Of a stretch of DNA of 64,000 bases, positions 18,699-27,756 are shown piece after piece. Below the pieces are notes generated by a model that saw only the letters and a program-made list of their open reading frames with translations, made no database searches and was not told the origin of the DNA. Position 1 is the stretch's first letter, and the number at the start of each line of letters is the position of its first letter. The position numbers and the translations under genes are program-made. The DNA is from an uncultured Clostridia bacterium. GTDB lineage: Bacteria > Bacillota > Clostridia > UMGS1883. Location of the stretch: assembly GCA_947630975.1 (NCBI GenBank), contig CANRJP010000001.1:18712-82711 (forward strand), in the 5' to 3' direction.

Positions 18699-18738
18699 GG
18701 ACATTCAAGGACATTTATGGACATTTCAGGACATCTTT
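18699..18738. promoter_or_regulatory. four tandem 10-bp-phased direct repeats GGACATTYMA upstream of terS
   Basis: ggacattcaa|ggacatttat|ggacatttca|ggacatcttt, with an exact 10-bp period, ~100 bp upstream of the terminase small subunit start. Confidence 0.5.
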
Positions 18739-18783
18739 TGTTTTTTGGGGGAAAATTTTTTTAAAAAATTTTCAAAAAACACT

Positions 18784-18811
18784 TGACAAACCACGGATTT
18801 CGTGGTATAAT
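18784..18811 (+). promoter_or_regulatory. sigma-70-type promoter (TTGACA-16-TATAAT) for the small + strand gene
   Basis: TTGACA at 18784-18789, TATAAT at 18806-18811, preceded by an A/T-rich UP-like tract, followed by RBS AAAGGAGG. Confidence 0.5.
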
Positions 18812-18836
18812 AGAAACATAGAAAGGAGGTAAGACA

Positions 18837-18962
18837 GTGGCAAAGAAAAACAAAAAGCCCGCCAAGCGCAAGAACGAAATGTGGACAATCGTCATAAATG
18901 CGTTAGCGGACTTAATCATCGGAACTCTGCTGATACTCATCCAGAAGCTGATTGAGGATTAA
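18837..18962 (+). CDS. 41-aa small membrane protein (moron)
   Basis: GTG start 7 nt after AAAGGAGG. Protein is VAKKNKKPAKRKNEMWTIVINALADLIIGTLLILIQKLIED: a Lys-rich N-terminus followed by a single TM helix. Not in the ORF track because it is under 60 aa. Confidence 0.45.
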   Translation: MAKKNKKPAKRKNEMWTIVINALADLIIGTLLILIQKLIED

Positions 18963-19141
18963 CAGAGCGAGGGGAACGGGGCGGCGAGCCGCCCCACCCC
19001 TCAAAATCCATGATAACACAATAATCCGCCATTGTCAAGAGCCATGTCAAAAACTTTATTATTTCTTGGCGTGTTTTTTATCGCCATAGGTATCGCAAAA
19101 TTGGTTTACGTGCTTATCCGAAAGCGTAAGGGGGACTGACC

Positions 19142-19330
19142 GTGGAGACCGTGAAAGAGCTGCGCAAAGCGGCAAAAATGACCCAGCAGGCTTTTGCCGA
19201 TTACTTCGGTGTGCCGAAGCGCACCGTCGAGGACTGGGAGGGCGAAAAGAGCGCGGTAAAGCCTTATTTGCTGGAGCTTATGGAATATAAGCTGCGCCAT
19301 GAAAAAATTATAGCCGAGGCGGAGGGGTGA
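19142..19330 (+). CDS. XRE-family helix-turn-helix transcriptional regulator
   Basis: …LRKAAKMTQQAFADYFGVPKRTVEDWE… is a classical HTH_XRE motif. The + strand placement in a minus-strand region suggests a moron or regulator. Confidence 0.7.
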   Translation: METVKELRKAAKMTQQAFADYFGVPKRTVEDWEGEKSAVKPYLLELMEYKLRHEKIIAEAEG

Positions 19331-19344
19331 CCCTCCGCTTTTTT
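19319..19344. terminator. rho-independent terminator (bidirectional)
   Basis: gcggaggg-gtga-ccctccgc followed by tttttt. Overlaps the stop codon of the XRE gene and lies just downstream of the stop of the minus-strand late activator gene. Confidence 0.6.
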
Positions 19345-19370
19345 ATGCGAATTTTTTCGAGAACAGTCGT

Positions 19371-19829
19371 CTAAAATTCTTTTAATTCCGGGGCGTTCGC
19401 CTTTGCGAAGCTTTTCAACGCTCTGCCGTGCAGGCGTGTCACTTGCCTAATGCTGTAGTTCAGCTTGTCGGCAATATCCTCCCAGGCCATGTCGTTTATG
19501 TACCGCTCCCGGAGGATAAGCCGCTCATGTGGGCTGCTAAGCCGTTCGATAGCTACACGTATTTCCCGGTGAACTTCCACAAGGCGGTCGATCTCGGCGT
19601 TGATTTCCTCTTCGAGGGCGATTATCTTCACCACCGAATTTTCCACCTTGCTTTGGGGTATGCCGCCCTCTATGCGCTCTCCGTCCGTGGGCGGAGAGGA
19701 CACCGACGCGGCCAACTGACGAAGGCGCGACACCTCCCGAAGCCTGCTATCTATCAGTTCGTTAAGCCGCCGCCCACGGTTCAAAAATTCCTTGGCGCCA
19801 AGCCGTCCCGCGCCACGTTCATGTTCCAT
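19371..19829 (-). CDS. phage late-gene transcriptional activator, sigma-70 region-4-like (ArpU/RinA-type)
   Basis: C-terminal ERLILRERYINDMAWEDIADKLNYSIRQVTRLHGRALKSF is a sigma-region-4-type HTH. Positioned upstream of the terminase genes. Confidence 0.55.
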   Translation of the reverse strand: MEHERGAGRLGAKEFLNRGRRLNELIDSRLREVSRLRQLAASVSSPPTDGERIEGGIPQSKVENSVVKIIALEEEINAEIDRLVEVHREIRVAIERLSSPHERLILRERYINDMAWEDIADKLNYSIRQVTRLHGRALKSFAKANAPELKEF

Positions 19830-19868
19830 AGTTTGAATCCCCCTTTTCGCTGATTGCTTAACGCACGC

Positions 19869-19886
19869 AAACGCACGCGTGCGTTT
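19869..19886. promoter_or_regulatory. 18-bp perfect palindrome upstream of the late activator gene
   Basis: aaacgcacg|cgtgcgttt, preceded by an extra acgcacgc direct copy. Lies in the 5' region of the minus-strand late activator. Confidence 0.35.
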
Positions 19887-19921
19887 GAGCCTTACCGTGT
19901 AACGTTACGCTTCCCGCTGCA

Positions 19922-20329
19922 TTATTGCAGCTCCTCGGCCCTGATGTATATGCCGGGCTTTTCCGCCCAGAACTTTTCGTTGAGCTCGCTGGCAACCTGG
20001 GCGTCGTCATGCCAGAAGCCCAAGACGGTCATGCAGTCCTTGAGCAGCTTTATCAGGTTGTCCGTGTCGGGTTTGGTGTCCTTGTACTGTCCGTCGCTGT
20101 GGCCGGCGGTCTTGGGGAACAGCCAGCGCACCACCAGCCGGACAGGCCCGCTGAGCCGTCTTTCCGGCCGGTGCGGGCTCAGATGCGCCATAAGCTTCGA
20201 CCGGGCGTCCGCCAGCCTCGGCGGCTCGTAGTATACCGGCTTACCCTTAACCACGTGAACGGCCTTTTGCTGATGTGTCACCGTGGGCGGTTCCATTGGC
20301 ATAAAAAATTCAACCGTCAAAAACTTCAC
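19922..20329 (-). CDS. rusA: RusA-family Holliday junction resolvase
   Basis: 135 aa with a …KPDTDNLIKLLKD… motif and Asp residues typical of RusA. Confidence 0.7.
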   Translation of the reverse strand: MKFLTVEFFMPMEPPTVTHQQKAVHVVKGKPVYYEPPRLADARSKLMAHLSPHRPERRLSGPVRLVVRWLFPKTAGHSDGQYKDTKPDTDNLIKLLKDCMTVLGFWHDDAQVASELNEKFWAEKPGIYIRAEELQ

Positions 20330-20552
20330 AACCCCTCCATGTGCCCGTTTTCTTGTCGTAAACTATAATTTTTTTATGGGCCGCCACAGAAAACATTTTT
20401 TGTCGTATCTCCGGTCGATTTGCAATATATGCGGCCACATCACTGTCCATAATGTCGAAGTCTCCATCAAACTTTTTATGTTTTAGCGGAGGCATCCAAC
20501 GAAGGCAATCCAAAAATCCATAATCAATTCTGCCTTTTGCTACACCTTGCAT
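20310..20552 (-). CDS. phage hypothetical protein
   Basis: 80-aa ORF overlapping the start of rusA. Confidence 0.35.
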   Translation of the reverse strand: MQGVAKGRIDYGFLDCLRWMPPLKHKKFDGDFDIMDSDVAAYIANRPEIRQKMFSVAAHKKIIVYDKKTGTWRGCEVFDG

Positions 20553-20580
20553 TTTTCACTCACCTTTCAATTTGCATAGG

Positions 20581-20780
20581 GTCAGGTTTCAAAAGGGGGT
20601 ACGTTCAATTATTAGGGGGGATATACATCCCCCTAATAATTGAACCCCTTTTTTGAACCCTGACGGGGCTTCAATTTAACGATATTACATTTTTTGAACC
20701 CTTTTTTGAACCCGCTTTATACGATATATCATTTGAATTTTGGCTCAGGGTTCAATAAATATTTCGTTTTTTGAACCCTA
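20581..20780. repeat. iteron-rich region (candidate phage replication origin)
   Basis: Four direct TTTTTTGAACCC iterons (20649, 20690, 20702, 20767) plus inverted partial copies (gggttcaa). Also a perfect 17-bp inverted repeat gttcaattattaggggg/ccccctaataattgaac (20603-20645). Lies immediately 3' of the primase/helicase gene. Confidence 0.5.
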
Positions 20781-20781
20781 A

Positions 20782-22974
20782 CTATTGCGATATTCGGGTA
20801 ACATTGCCCTTTTTGTCTCTTTGAAGGAAGCCGGATTCATCAATGTGAGTTCTTACGGTGTTGCCGGACTTGCTGCCGCAATATTCCATAATGTCTTTCA
20901 TTTTAGCTACACCGTTTTCGTCCTTCAAGGCTTCAAAGGCGTTGTTAAGGGTCTCATTCCACTCGTCCTGCTTGCTTTTCTTTTTGGCGGGAGCTTTCCG
21001 GCTGCCGCGCCATTGTTTGTCCTCTTCGGGCTCGACGTCCTGGAGTATACCGTCGCCGTCCATTCGGTGAATAGGGTACTCAAACCACAGGTTCACGGGC
21101 TGAAATTTGGGATATTCCCGCAGGGTTCCCTCCACCCGCCAGGCGGTGAGGATTTTGGCCGCTCTCCGGGCCTCGTCCACGGCGCGGTCAAGCTCCATTT
21201 TTTCGGCAAGGCCCAGCCCTTCGCCGCACATCCGGAGAAGCTTCTCGGAGTTGTATCTGTCCTCGGGGGCCACCTCCCGCCCGCGGAGGGCGCGGAGACA
21301 GGCCTTGCACACGGCCCGGTTTTCCTGACGGGCCGTCATGTTCTCGTCCAGCTCCAATTCAATCAGGTCAAGCAGGGCGTCGGGGTCGCGGGCGAACACG
21401 CCGCTGCCGCTGGCGCGGTCCATGCTGCGCTTGGCGGCCTGGGCGCCCTTGCTGTGATGGTGGCAGTATATCACCGCGCAGCCCAGCTCGGCGGCCACCT
21501 TGTCAAACTGATTGCAGAAGTTCGCCATCTGGTCGGCGCTGTTTTCGTCGCCGGTTATGACCTTGTAGATGGGGTCAATGACGATGGCTATGTAATTCTT
21601 ACGGGCCGCCCGGCGGATCAGCTTCGGAGCCAGCCTGTCCATGGGTACGGCCTTGCCCCGAAGGTTCCATATATCTATGTTGCCAAGGTTGTCGGGCCGC
21701 CAGCCAAGAGCCGTGTACACGTCCTTGAAGCGGTGCAGGCAGCTGGCCCGGTCAAGCTCCAGATTAACGTACATCACCCGTCCCCGGGCGCAGTCGAAGC
21801 CGAACCACTGCCGCCCCTCGGCTATGGCGCAGCATAATTCAATGAGGGCGTAGCTCTTGCCCGCCTTGCTTGGCCCGGCCAGCAGCATCTTGTGTCCCTG
21901 ACGGAGAACCCCGTCGATGAGGGGCGGACTGAGGGGCGGCATTTCGTCCCACACGTCCGCCAGACCCTCGGGGTTGGGCAGGTCGTCGCTGACGTCGTCT
22001 ATCCAGTCCCGCCACTCGTCCCAACCGCTTTTGCCGATGTTGGTGGCAAGCAGATACTGCTTTTTGCCCTTGCGGGTCACGCCGGGGAGACGGGACAGGC
22101 GGGAGGGATTGCGGTTCTGTGTGTCGGGGTCGAGACCGTTCTTTTTGCACACGGAATACAGATAGTCCACCCGGTGCTTGTACTCCTTGTAATCGGCGGC
22201 GTCCACCCGCACGATGGCGTGGAGGCTTTTGCCGCCGCTGTACACCAGCGCCGCCACAGGCAGCTCCAGCTCCCGTATTATGGCGTTCTGCCGCGCGAGG
22301 TCAAGGCTGTCGCTCTCCACCAGAGCGAAGCGGAACTCGGTCACATTGTCGTTTTTCACACCCTTGCCGTCAAGGGGGTTGAAGCGCACCCAGGCTCCGG
22401 CGTCGGGGTCGTAATCCCCCAGAACCGCGCCTATGTCGCCCTTGCACCGTGACAGCTCCTGTATCAGCTTACCCGCCGTCCGGTCATAAACGCCCTTGGT
22501 GGGCACCGTCCGGCCCTCGCTGACATAGCTGCGCGTCACATAGCCCACGCACTCCTCGGCCTCGAACAGGGCCTCGAGGTAGGCGATTATCTGTTTGGCC
22601 GGTTCCCATTGGTCGGGGATTTCCAGCTCACGGCCCTCGACCCAGTTTTTGTCCACTATGGCGGGGCCGTCCTCCGCCGAAATAACATCGTCCCAGTCCA
22701 GCTCACGGCCTTCCCCGCTGAAGGGAACCCAGCCGTTTTCCTTTGCCAGCTGCACTATGGTGCCGCCGGTTACCGGATTGGAGGCTCCGTTGAAGCCTTT
22801 CCACTTTTTTTCGCACTCTCCGGTATGATAACGGGCAGCGTCACGCCTGCTCCATTCTTCCCATACCTCCACGCCCAGGCCCTCTTCCTTCAGGGCCATC
22901 CCAACGTTGAGCCATGCGGTGTAGTCCAGTGCTGACGGATCGATGTATTTCAGCAGTTCCTTGTAATCGGTCAT
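20782..22974 (-). CDS. phage replication protein: primase-polymerase N-terminal region plus P-loop ATPase/helicase
   Basis: 730 aa with a Walker A motif (LLAGPSKAGKSYAL) in the C-terminal half and a prim-pol-like N-terminus. The adjacent iterons support a replication role. Confidence 0.7.
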   Translation of the reverse strand: MTDYKELLKYIDPSALDYTAWLNVGMALKEEGLGVEVWEEWSRRDAARYHTGECEKKWKGFNGASNPVTGGTIVQLAKENGWVPFSGEGRELDWDDVISAEDGPAIVDKNWVEGRELEIPDQWEPAKQIIAYLEALFEAEECVGYVTRSYVSEGRTVPTKGVYDRTAGKLIQELSRCKGDIGAVLGDYDPDAGAWVRFNPLDGKGVKNDNVTEFRFALVESDSLDLARQNAIIRELELPVAALVYSGGKSLHAIVRVDAADYKEYKHRVDYLYSVCKKNGLDPDTQNRNPSRLSRLPGVTRKGKKQYLLATNIGKSGWDEWRDWIDDVSDDLPNPEGLADVWDEMPPLSPPLIDGVLRQGHKMLLAGPSKAGKSYALIELCCAIAEGRQWFGFDCARGRVMYVNLELDRASCLHRFKDVYTALGWRPDNLGNIDIWNLRGKAVPMDRLAPKLIRRAARKNYIAIVIDPIYKVITGDENSADQMANFCNQFDKVAAELGCAVIYCHHHSKGAQAAKRSMDRASGSGVFARDPDALLDLIELELDENMTARQENRAVCKACLRALRGREVAPEDRYNSEKLLRMCGEGLGLAEKMELDRAVDEARRAAKILTAWRVEGTLREYPKFQPVNLWFEYPIHRMDGDGILQDVEPEEDKQWRGSRKAPAKKKSKQDEWNETLNNAFEALKDENGVAKMKDIMEYCGSKSGNTVRTHIDESGFLQRDKKGNVTRISQ

Positions 22975-24582
22975 TTATATTACCTCCGGCACATAACGGG
23001 ACGGCACAATTCCCATTGGCAGACGCCAGTTGTTGGCGGCGATGCGGTTCATCATTCTGCTTGCGGCGTCAAAGCTCCACGTGCCCACATGAACAAAGCC
23101 GCGCTGTTCCAGATACCTTATCTGCCTTGGCGTCGCAAGCTTCAAGACGCTGCGCTTTATCAGCCGGTCGATGAGCATCGACGCTTTACCGGCGTTGTCG
23201 ATTTCTCCGGCGTAAATGCCGAATTTTTCCAATATCTGTATCTGTTTTTCGCTGGCGGGGGCCATTTCCCAGCCGAAGGCGGGCACGTAATTTGCGAGAT
23301 CCTCGGCCTGTATACTAAGCTCGAATTGAAGCGGGTCTACCAGCTTCCGCTTTCGATTTTTCATTTCGTCCAAGACCTTTGCCAGTGATTCTTCACGGGC
23401 GGCGACGACGTCGCTCTCCGCCTGCTTTTCGGCGTCCTCTATATCGAACACCTCGCCGGGGGCGGCGGCCATGTTTTCGGTCATCTTCTTCGCCACCTCC
23501 GCGCTTTCGGCGATAAGGCAGGCGGGACGGCAAAGCTCGTGCCGCTCGGTGTGCCACAAAAAGTCCAGCAAAAGCAGCTCCGACTTTCCGGGCGCCAGCC
23601 GTGTGCCACGGCCCACCATCTGGGAGTACAGGCCCCGCACCTTCGTGGGCCGCAGCACCACGACGCAGTCCACCGACGGGCAGTCCCAGCCCTCGGTGAG
23701 GAGCATGGAATTACACAGCACGTCATACTCTCCCGCCTCGAAGGCCGCTATGATGGCCCCGCGGTCGGAGCTCTCGCCGTTGACCTCGGCGGCCCGCAGT
23801 CCCTTTTCGTTCAATATGTCCCTGAATTTCCGTGATGTGGCTATCAGGGGCAGGAAAACCACCGTCTTTCTGCCCTCGCAGTAGTTCAGCATCTCGTCGG
23901 CAATCTGGTACAGATAGGGGTCGAGGGCGCTGCCCACGTCCGAAGCCTTAAAGTCGCCCTGCTGTATTCCCACGCCGCTCAGGTCCAGCTGAAGGGGGAT
24001 CGTCACGGCCTTGATGGGCGAGAGCCAGCCCTCTTTTATGGCCCGGGGCAGGGTGTATTCGTATGCCAGACTGTCGAACACCTGACCCAGGTTCTTTTTG
24101 TCGCCCCGGTCGGGAGTGGCGGTGACGCCCAGCACCCTCGCCTCGGGGAAGTGGCCGAGGATTTCCCTGTAACCGTCCGACAGGGCGTGGTGTGCCTCGT
24201 CAACGACGATGGTGTTAAAGTAATCGGCGGGAAACCGTTTCAGCCTTGAGGGCCGCTGCAGGGTCTGTACGCTGCCCACCGTGACCCTGCTCCACGTGTC
24301 GTCAAGACAGCTCTGCTCCGCCTTTTCCACCGAGGGGACGAGGCCGGTAACCTTGCGGAGCTTGTCGGCGGCCTGAGAGAGCAGCTCGCCCCTGTGGGCC
24401 AGCATCAGACAGCGGTCGCCCTCCCGCACCCTGTCCTCGACCACCTTGGAGAACACCACCGTCTTTCCTGTGCCGGTGGGCAGCACCAGCAGCGTGCGGC
24501 GGTTGCCCATGCCCCAGTGATTATGTATGCTCTCCCGGGCTTCCTGCTGGTAGGGGCGCAGCTCCATATTTGACGCGCCCAT
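22975..24582 (-). CDS. SF2 DEAD/DEAH-box DNA helicase (phage)
   Basis: Motifs LVLPTGTGKT (I), VVDEAHH (II, DEAH) and VTATPDR (III). Confidence 0.75.
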   Translation of the reverse strand: MGASNMELRPYQQEARESIHNHWGMGNRRTLLVLPTGTGKTVVFSKVVEDRVREGDRCLMLAHRGELLSQAADKLRKVTGLVPSVEKAEQSCLDDTWSRVTVGSVQTLQRPSRLKRFPADYFNTIVVDEAHHALSDGYREILGHFPEARVLGVTATPDRGDKKNLGQVFDSLAYEYTLPRAIKEGWLSPIKAVTIPLQLDLSGVGIQQGDFKASDVGSALDPYLYQIADEMLNYCEGRKTVVFLPLIATSRKFRDILNEKGLRAAEVNGESSDRGAIIAAFEAGEYDVLCNSMLLTEGWDCPSVDCVVVLRPTKVRGLYSQMVGRGTRLAPGKSELLLLDFLWHTERHELCRPACLIAESAEVAKKMTENMAAAPGEVFDIEDAEKQAESDVVAAREESLAKVLDEMKNRKRKLVDPLQFELSIQAEDLANYVPAFGWEMAPASEKQIQILEKFGIYAGEIDNAGKASMLIDRLIKRSVLKLATPRQIRYLEQRGFVHVGTWSFDAASRMMNRIAANNWRLPMGIVPSRYVPEVI

Positions 24583-25076
24583 CAGAACGTCCCCTTCTGC
24601 GGCACGGACGCGGGCATTGCCGTTTGACTGGGCGCTTCGAGGAACCGCTGTATTTCATTCCGTTTATAATTTTCGCCCTGATATGTATACTCGCGCACCT
24701 TCACCCTGCACCGCCCCGTCGCGCCGACAACGGCGTTCCAGTTCATGCGCAGGGGCTCGCCGTGCTTCTTCTGGCCTATGCTCAGGAAAAACGCGCTGAG
24801 CAGTCCCTCGGTTCGCTTGTGCAAAAACAGATTGTGCTCCAGCGTGGTCTTGCCGTTTTCGCCGCCGTCTATCTCGATGGTGAGAATCGCCTTGTTGCAG
24901 GCGGGGAGCTTGCTCCCCTCCCGGGGCTGGTAGCGGTCGCGGCGGAAATCCTTCACCGTGAAGCCGTACTCGCCCTCGGGGAGCAGAACAAAGGTCTGCT
25001 CCTCGCTTATGGTGGCGTCCCAGCCCAGCTCGTCGCTGTCGGCGGCGTTGTAACCGTTGTAGTTGTAGTCGTTCAT
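24582..25076 (-). CDS. phage protein commonly paired with Sak4-type ATPase (DUF669-like, tentative)
   Basis: 164-aa ORF immediately downstream of the AAA_24 gene. The family assignment is from memory of the gene-order pattern and was not verified. Confidence 0.35.
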   Translation of the reverse strand: MNDYNYNGYNAADSDELGWDATISEEQTFVLLPEGEYGFTVKDFRRDRYQPREGSKLPACNKAILTIEIDGGENGKTTLEHNLFLHKRTEGLLSAFFLSIGQKKHGEPLRMNWNAVVGATGRCRVKVREYTYQGENYKRNEIQRFLEAPSQTAMPASVPQKGTF

Positions 25077-25090
25077 GATAAATTCCTCCT

Positions 25091-26167
25091 CTAAAATGCG
25101 TTATTTCTCAGCCGGAAAACCAGCTCCTTCACCTGATCCCAGGCGGCGATAAGGTTGTTTTCAATGAAATCGACGGGATATTTCGTCGGCAGCATATCCT
25201 TGGGGAAATATCCCCGTTCGCCCACGGCCTCCTGAATGTCCCTGCCGCTGATATTGTCGGCCCTCATCAGCTCCTCCAGCCGCTTCAGGGCCTCGCCCCT
25301 GCGGACAAGCTCGGGGTCAACGTTTGGTGCGGGTTCCCGTGGTGCGGGTTCCCGTGATACGGGTTCGGATATGGGCTTGCCGTCGAGAATTATATCCTCC
25401 TCGGGTATGGGCTCCGGCTCCGGCTTGGGCGGCGCCGCAGGCTGACCGTTCGCGAAGGCCGCCGCCACCGCGCCGAAGTCCAGCGGCAGCTCCTCCGCCA
25501 GACCGTGGCGGTTTTTGGCGTCCCAGCAGGGATTGTGGGTGGTGTACATCACCCGCTTGCCGCCCCTGGCCTTGCCCTTGGACTTGTCGTCGCCGCCCAC
25601 GACATAGGTCTTGTAGTTGGCGAACAGCACCAGATCGGCCCATTCCTTTATCATGGGGGCGTTCTGCTTCAGCAGCTTCATTTCCCAGCGGTCATAAGCT
25701 CCCTGCTCGTCGGGCTGCTCAAATTTCCGCAGGGCGGCGTGGGCCGTCAGCAGAACGTTGACGCCCCGCTCGACAACCGCCGACAGCAGCTTCGGCAGCC
25801 GGCTGAACTCCTCGTTTAGATACACATAGCCCTTGCCGTAGCCAAATTCCTCAATGCCCTTTTTCTGGAACTTGTCCAGCACGGCGCGGAGGGCCAGCTT
25901 TTCCGCCCAGTCGAGGGTGTCCACCACCAGCGTTTTGCAGACGTTGGGATTTTCAATGACGTATGTAACCTGGGCCAGAAGCATATCCCAGTTGGCGGGC
26001 CGGTCGAAGCGGCTCACGTCCAGCATTCTGGTGCTGCCCTCGGTGTCGATGAACAGCGGGTCGGGGGCCTGGGCCGCGAAGGTGCTCTTGCCGATGCCCT
26101 CCACGCCGTAAAGCACGCACTTCACCGCGCCGGGGATCTTTCCTTTAGTGATATTCACGGTTCGCAC
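25091..26167 (-). CDS. AAA_24/Sak4-like RecA-fold ATPase (phage recombination)
   Basis: N-terminal Walker A (VLYGVEGIGKSTFA). The C-terminal region carries tandem PAPREPAPN linker repeats. Confidence 0.65.
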   Translation of the reverse strand: MRTVNITKGKIPGAVKCVLYGVEGIGKSTFAAQAPDPLFIDTEGSTRMLDVSRFDRPANWDMLLAQVTYVIENPNVCKTLVVDTLDWAEKLALRAVLDKFQKKGIEEFGYGKGYVYLNEEFSRLPKLLSAVVERGVNVLLTAHAALRKFEQPDEQGAYDRWEMKLLKQNAPMIKEWADLVLFANYKTYVVGGDDKSKGKARGGKRVMYTTHNPCWDAKNRHGLAEELPLDFGAVAAAFANGQPAAPPKPEPEPIPEEDIILDGKPISEPVSREPAPREPAPNVDPELVRRGEALKRLEELMRADNISGRDIQEAVGERGYFPKDMLPTKYPVDFIENNLIAAWDQVKELVFRLRNNAF

Positions 26168-26174
26168 TTCCTTT

Positions 26175-26744
26175 CTAACTGATTTTGTCCGGCTTGACCT
26201 CGAACTTCGCCATGCCGGGCGTCACGGTGATGCAGGGGACGATTTCGCCGTCCGCCGTAATCGCCCCGGCGTCGGTAAATTTCAGGGTCTTTTTGTATTC
26301 GCCCCACATTGCCGTCTCTTTGGTTTTTACGTACTCCGGCGCCGAAGCTTTGAGGAACTTCACAAGCTCGTTCTCATCGTAGTCGATATTCGGCGTGGGG
26401 TGCTTCCGTACCAGCTTGCCATAGAGCAGCCTGTAGCTCTCCTGCGTCGGGGACTTTTTCAGCCGGTTTTCCGGCACCTTTTCAAAATACTCCTCCAAAA
26501 GGGCGGTCAGATAGGCGGTGCTCCGCTCGAACTTCGCTTTTTCCTGCGCCAGCTTTTCCTTCAGGCGGTCGATGTTCAGCTCCGCCAGCTCCTGCAGCCG
26601 GTCAAACTCGGCCTTGTCCTCGCCGATTTTCCGGACTGCCCAGTCGGCCTTTTCGTCGTTGTCGATGGTGAAGCGATCCCGGCTTTCGCTGTTTTCGGCG
26701 TCCTCGTCGTCCATGTCCGGGAACAGATCGTATTCGTCATTCAT
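26175..26744 (-). CDS. Siphovirus Gp157-like protein
   Basis: 189 aa with an acidic N-terminus and coiled-coil. Lies upstream of the AAA_24 gene, as in the Gp157-Sak4-DUF669 modules of Firmicutes phages. Confidence 0.4.
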   Translation of the reverse strand: MNDEYDLFPDMDDEDAENSESRDRFTIDNDEKADWAVRKIGEDKAEFDRLQELAELNIDRLKEKLAQEKAKFERSTAYLTALLEEYFEKVPENRLKKSPTQESYRLLYGKLVRKHPTPNIDYDENELVKFLKASAPEYVKTKETAMWGEYKKTLKFTDAGAITADGEIVPCITVTPGMAKFEVKPDKIS

Positions 26745-27003
26745 TTTTATCTTCCTTTCTTTCCTTTTCCAGGTCTTCTTCGAGCGCCGCCAAAAGCTTT
26801 TCTACCGCTTCTTTTGCCTTGTAAATATAGTCGAATGCGACATTGGATACTTGCAAGAGAATGTCATACCGGTGTTTATACGCGTTTATGTCGGGCTCCG
26901 CCTTGGTAAAAATGCCCTCGGTTATAATTTCGTCCATGACGGTTGCGGTATCGATGGCATTTTGAGCGTCAACAAGAAGCTCCACTTTGTCAAATGTGTT
27001 CAT
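26737..27003 (-). CDS. phage hypothetical protein
   Basis: 88-aa ORF, overlap-coupled. Confidence 0.35.
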   Translation of the reverse strand: MNTFDKVELLVDAQNAIDTATVMDEIITEGIFTKAEPDINAYKHRYDILLQVSNVAFDYIYKAKEAVEKLLAALEEDLEKERKEDKNE

Positions 27004-27313
27004 TTTTATCTTCCTTCCTCCCGCCGCCGCGGGATTTTTTGTTTGCTGTGGCCTGCTGGGCCGCGTCCGTTCTGGGCCGGTAGGTTCTGGCTTCGATGTT
27101 TCCCTCGGCCTTCCTCAGCTCGCCAAGGAGCCTTTCCAACTCTGTTATCTCGCTTTTGTGCTCGTCCGCCCATTTGACCATATGCCCCAAAATCATGACC
27201 GTGTCCTTAGCTTTCCGGCAGCTCGGCAATCTGGCGGGCAAGCTCGGCGGCCGCTCGCCAGCCTCTACTGTCATAAGCGTATAACCATTGGTTATATAAA
27301 CCACCACTACCAC
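26990..27313 (-). CDS. phage hypothetical protein
   Basis: 107-aa ORF. Confidence 0.35.
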   Translation of the reverse strand: MVVVVYITNGYTLMTVEAGERPPSLPARLPSCRKAKDTVMILGHMVKWADEHKSEITELERLLGELRKAEGNIEARTYRPRTDAAQQATANKKSRGGGRKEDKNEHI

Positions 27314-27408
27314 AGTACCGCCCCATCGGCCATTCTATTGGACATAACTCGCAAATACCGTCGTTATTGTTATTGGTGTACTCACAACAATAACAATTGT
27401 GGAGCGGC

Positions 27409-27756
27409 CTATCTTCTTTTTCCCATCGCCTCTTTTAGCCTTTGGAGCTTGACCGCTACGGCCCTGCCCAGCGTTTTGTTGGAGATATTTTCAATCAACT
27501 GAATGTAACGTATTCCGATCAGCACATCGGCGCATTCTTCTATCAGTCCTAAATGGTCGCCCTTGCCGCGAATGGTTTTTGAAATTTCCTGCGCCAACTC
27601 GGCTAATTCCTCCATAACGATTATCATTTGCAGGTGGCCGCGCGGATTGCTACCATCGTCTGTGGACATAATGCTCGCCATTAAAATATCGTTGGCCTCC
27701 TTTTCTGGCAGCCGTTCAGCAAATCGAAGCAATTTTTCAAAATTTTCCCTGTTCAT
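27409..27756 (-). CDS. MazG-like nucleotide pyrophosphohydrolase
   Basis: EELAELAQEI and EECADVLI motifs (EExxE metal-binding helices of the MazG/NTP-PPase fold). Confidence 0.6.
   Translation of the reverse strand: MNRENFEKLLRFAERLPEKEANDILMASIMSTDDGSNPRGHLQMIIVMEELAELAQEISKTIRGKGDHLGLIEECADVLIGIRYIQLIENISNKTLGRAVAVKLQRLKEAMGKRR

Noticed and set aside
20785-22452. 350-aa and 186-aa + strand ORFs (20785-21837, 21892-22452)
   Set aside because: Antisense to the primase/helicase gene.
25320-25370. Tandem DNA repeat gcgggttcccgtggt / gcgggttcccgtgat / acgggttcggat
   Set aside because: Encodes a PAPREPAPN-type linker inside the AAA_24 protein. A coding low-complexity repeat, not a CRISPR-like or regulatory array.
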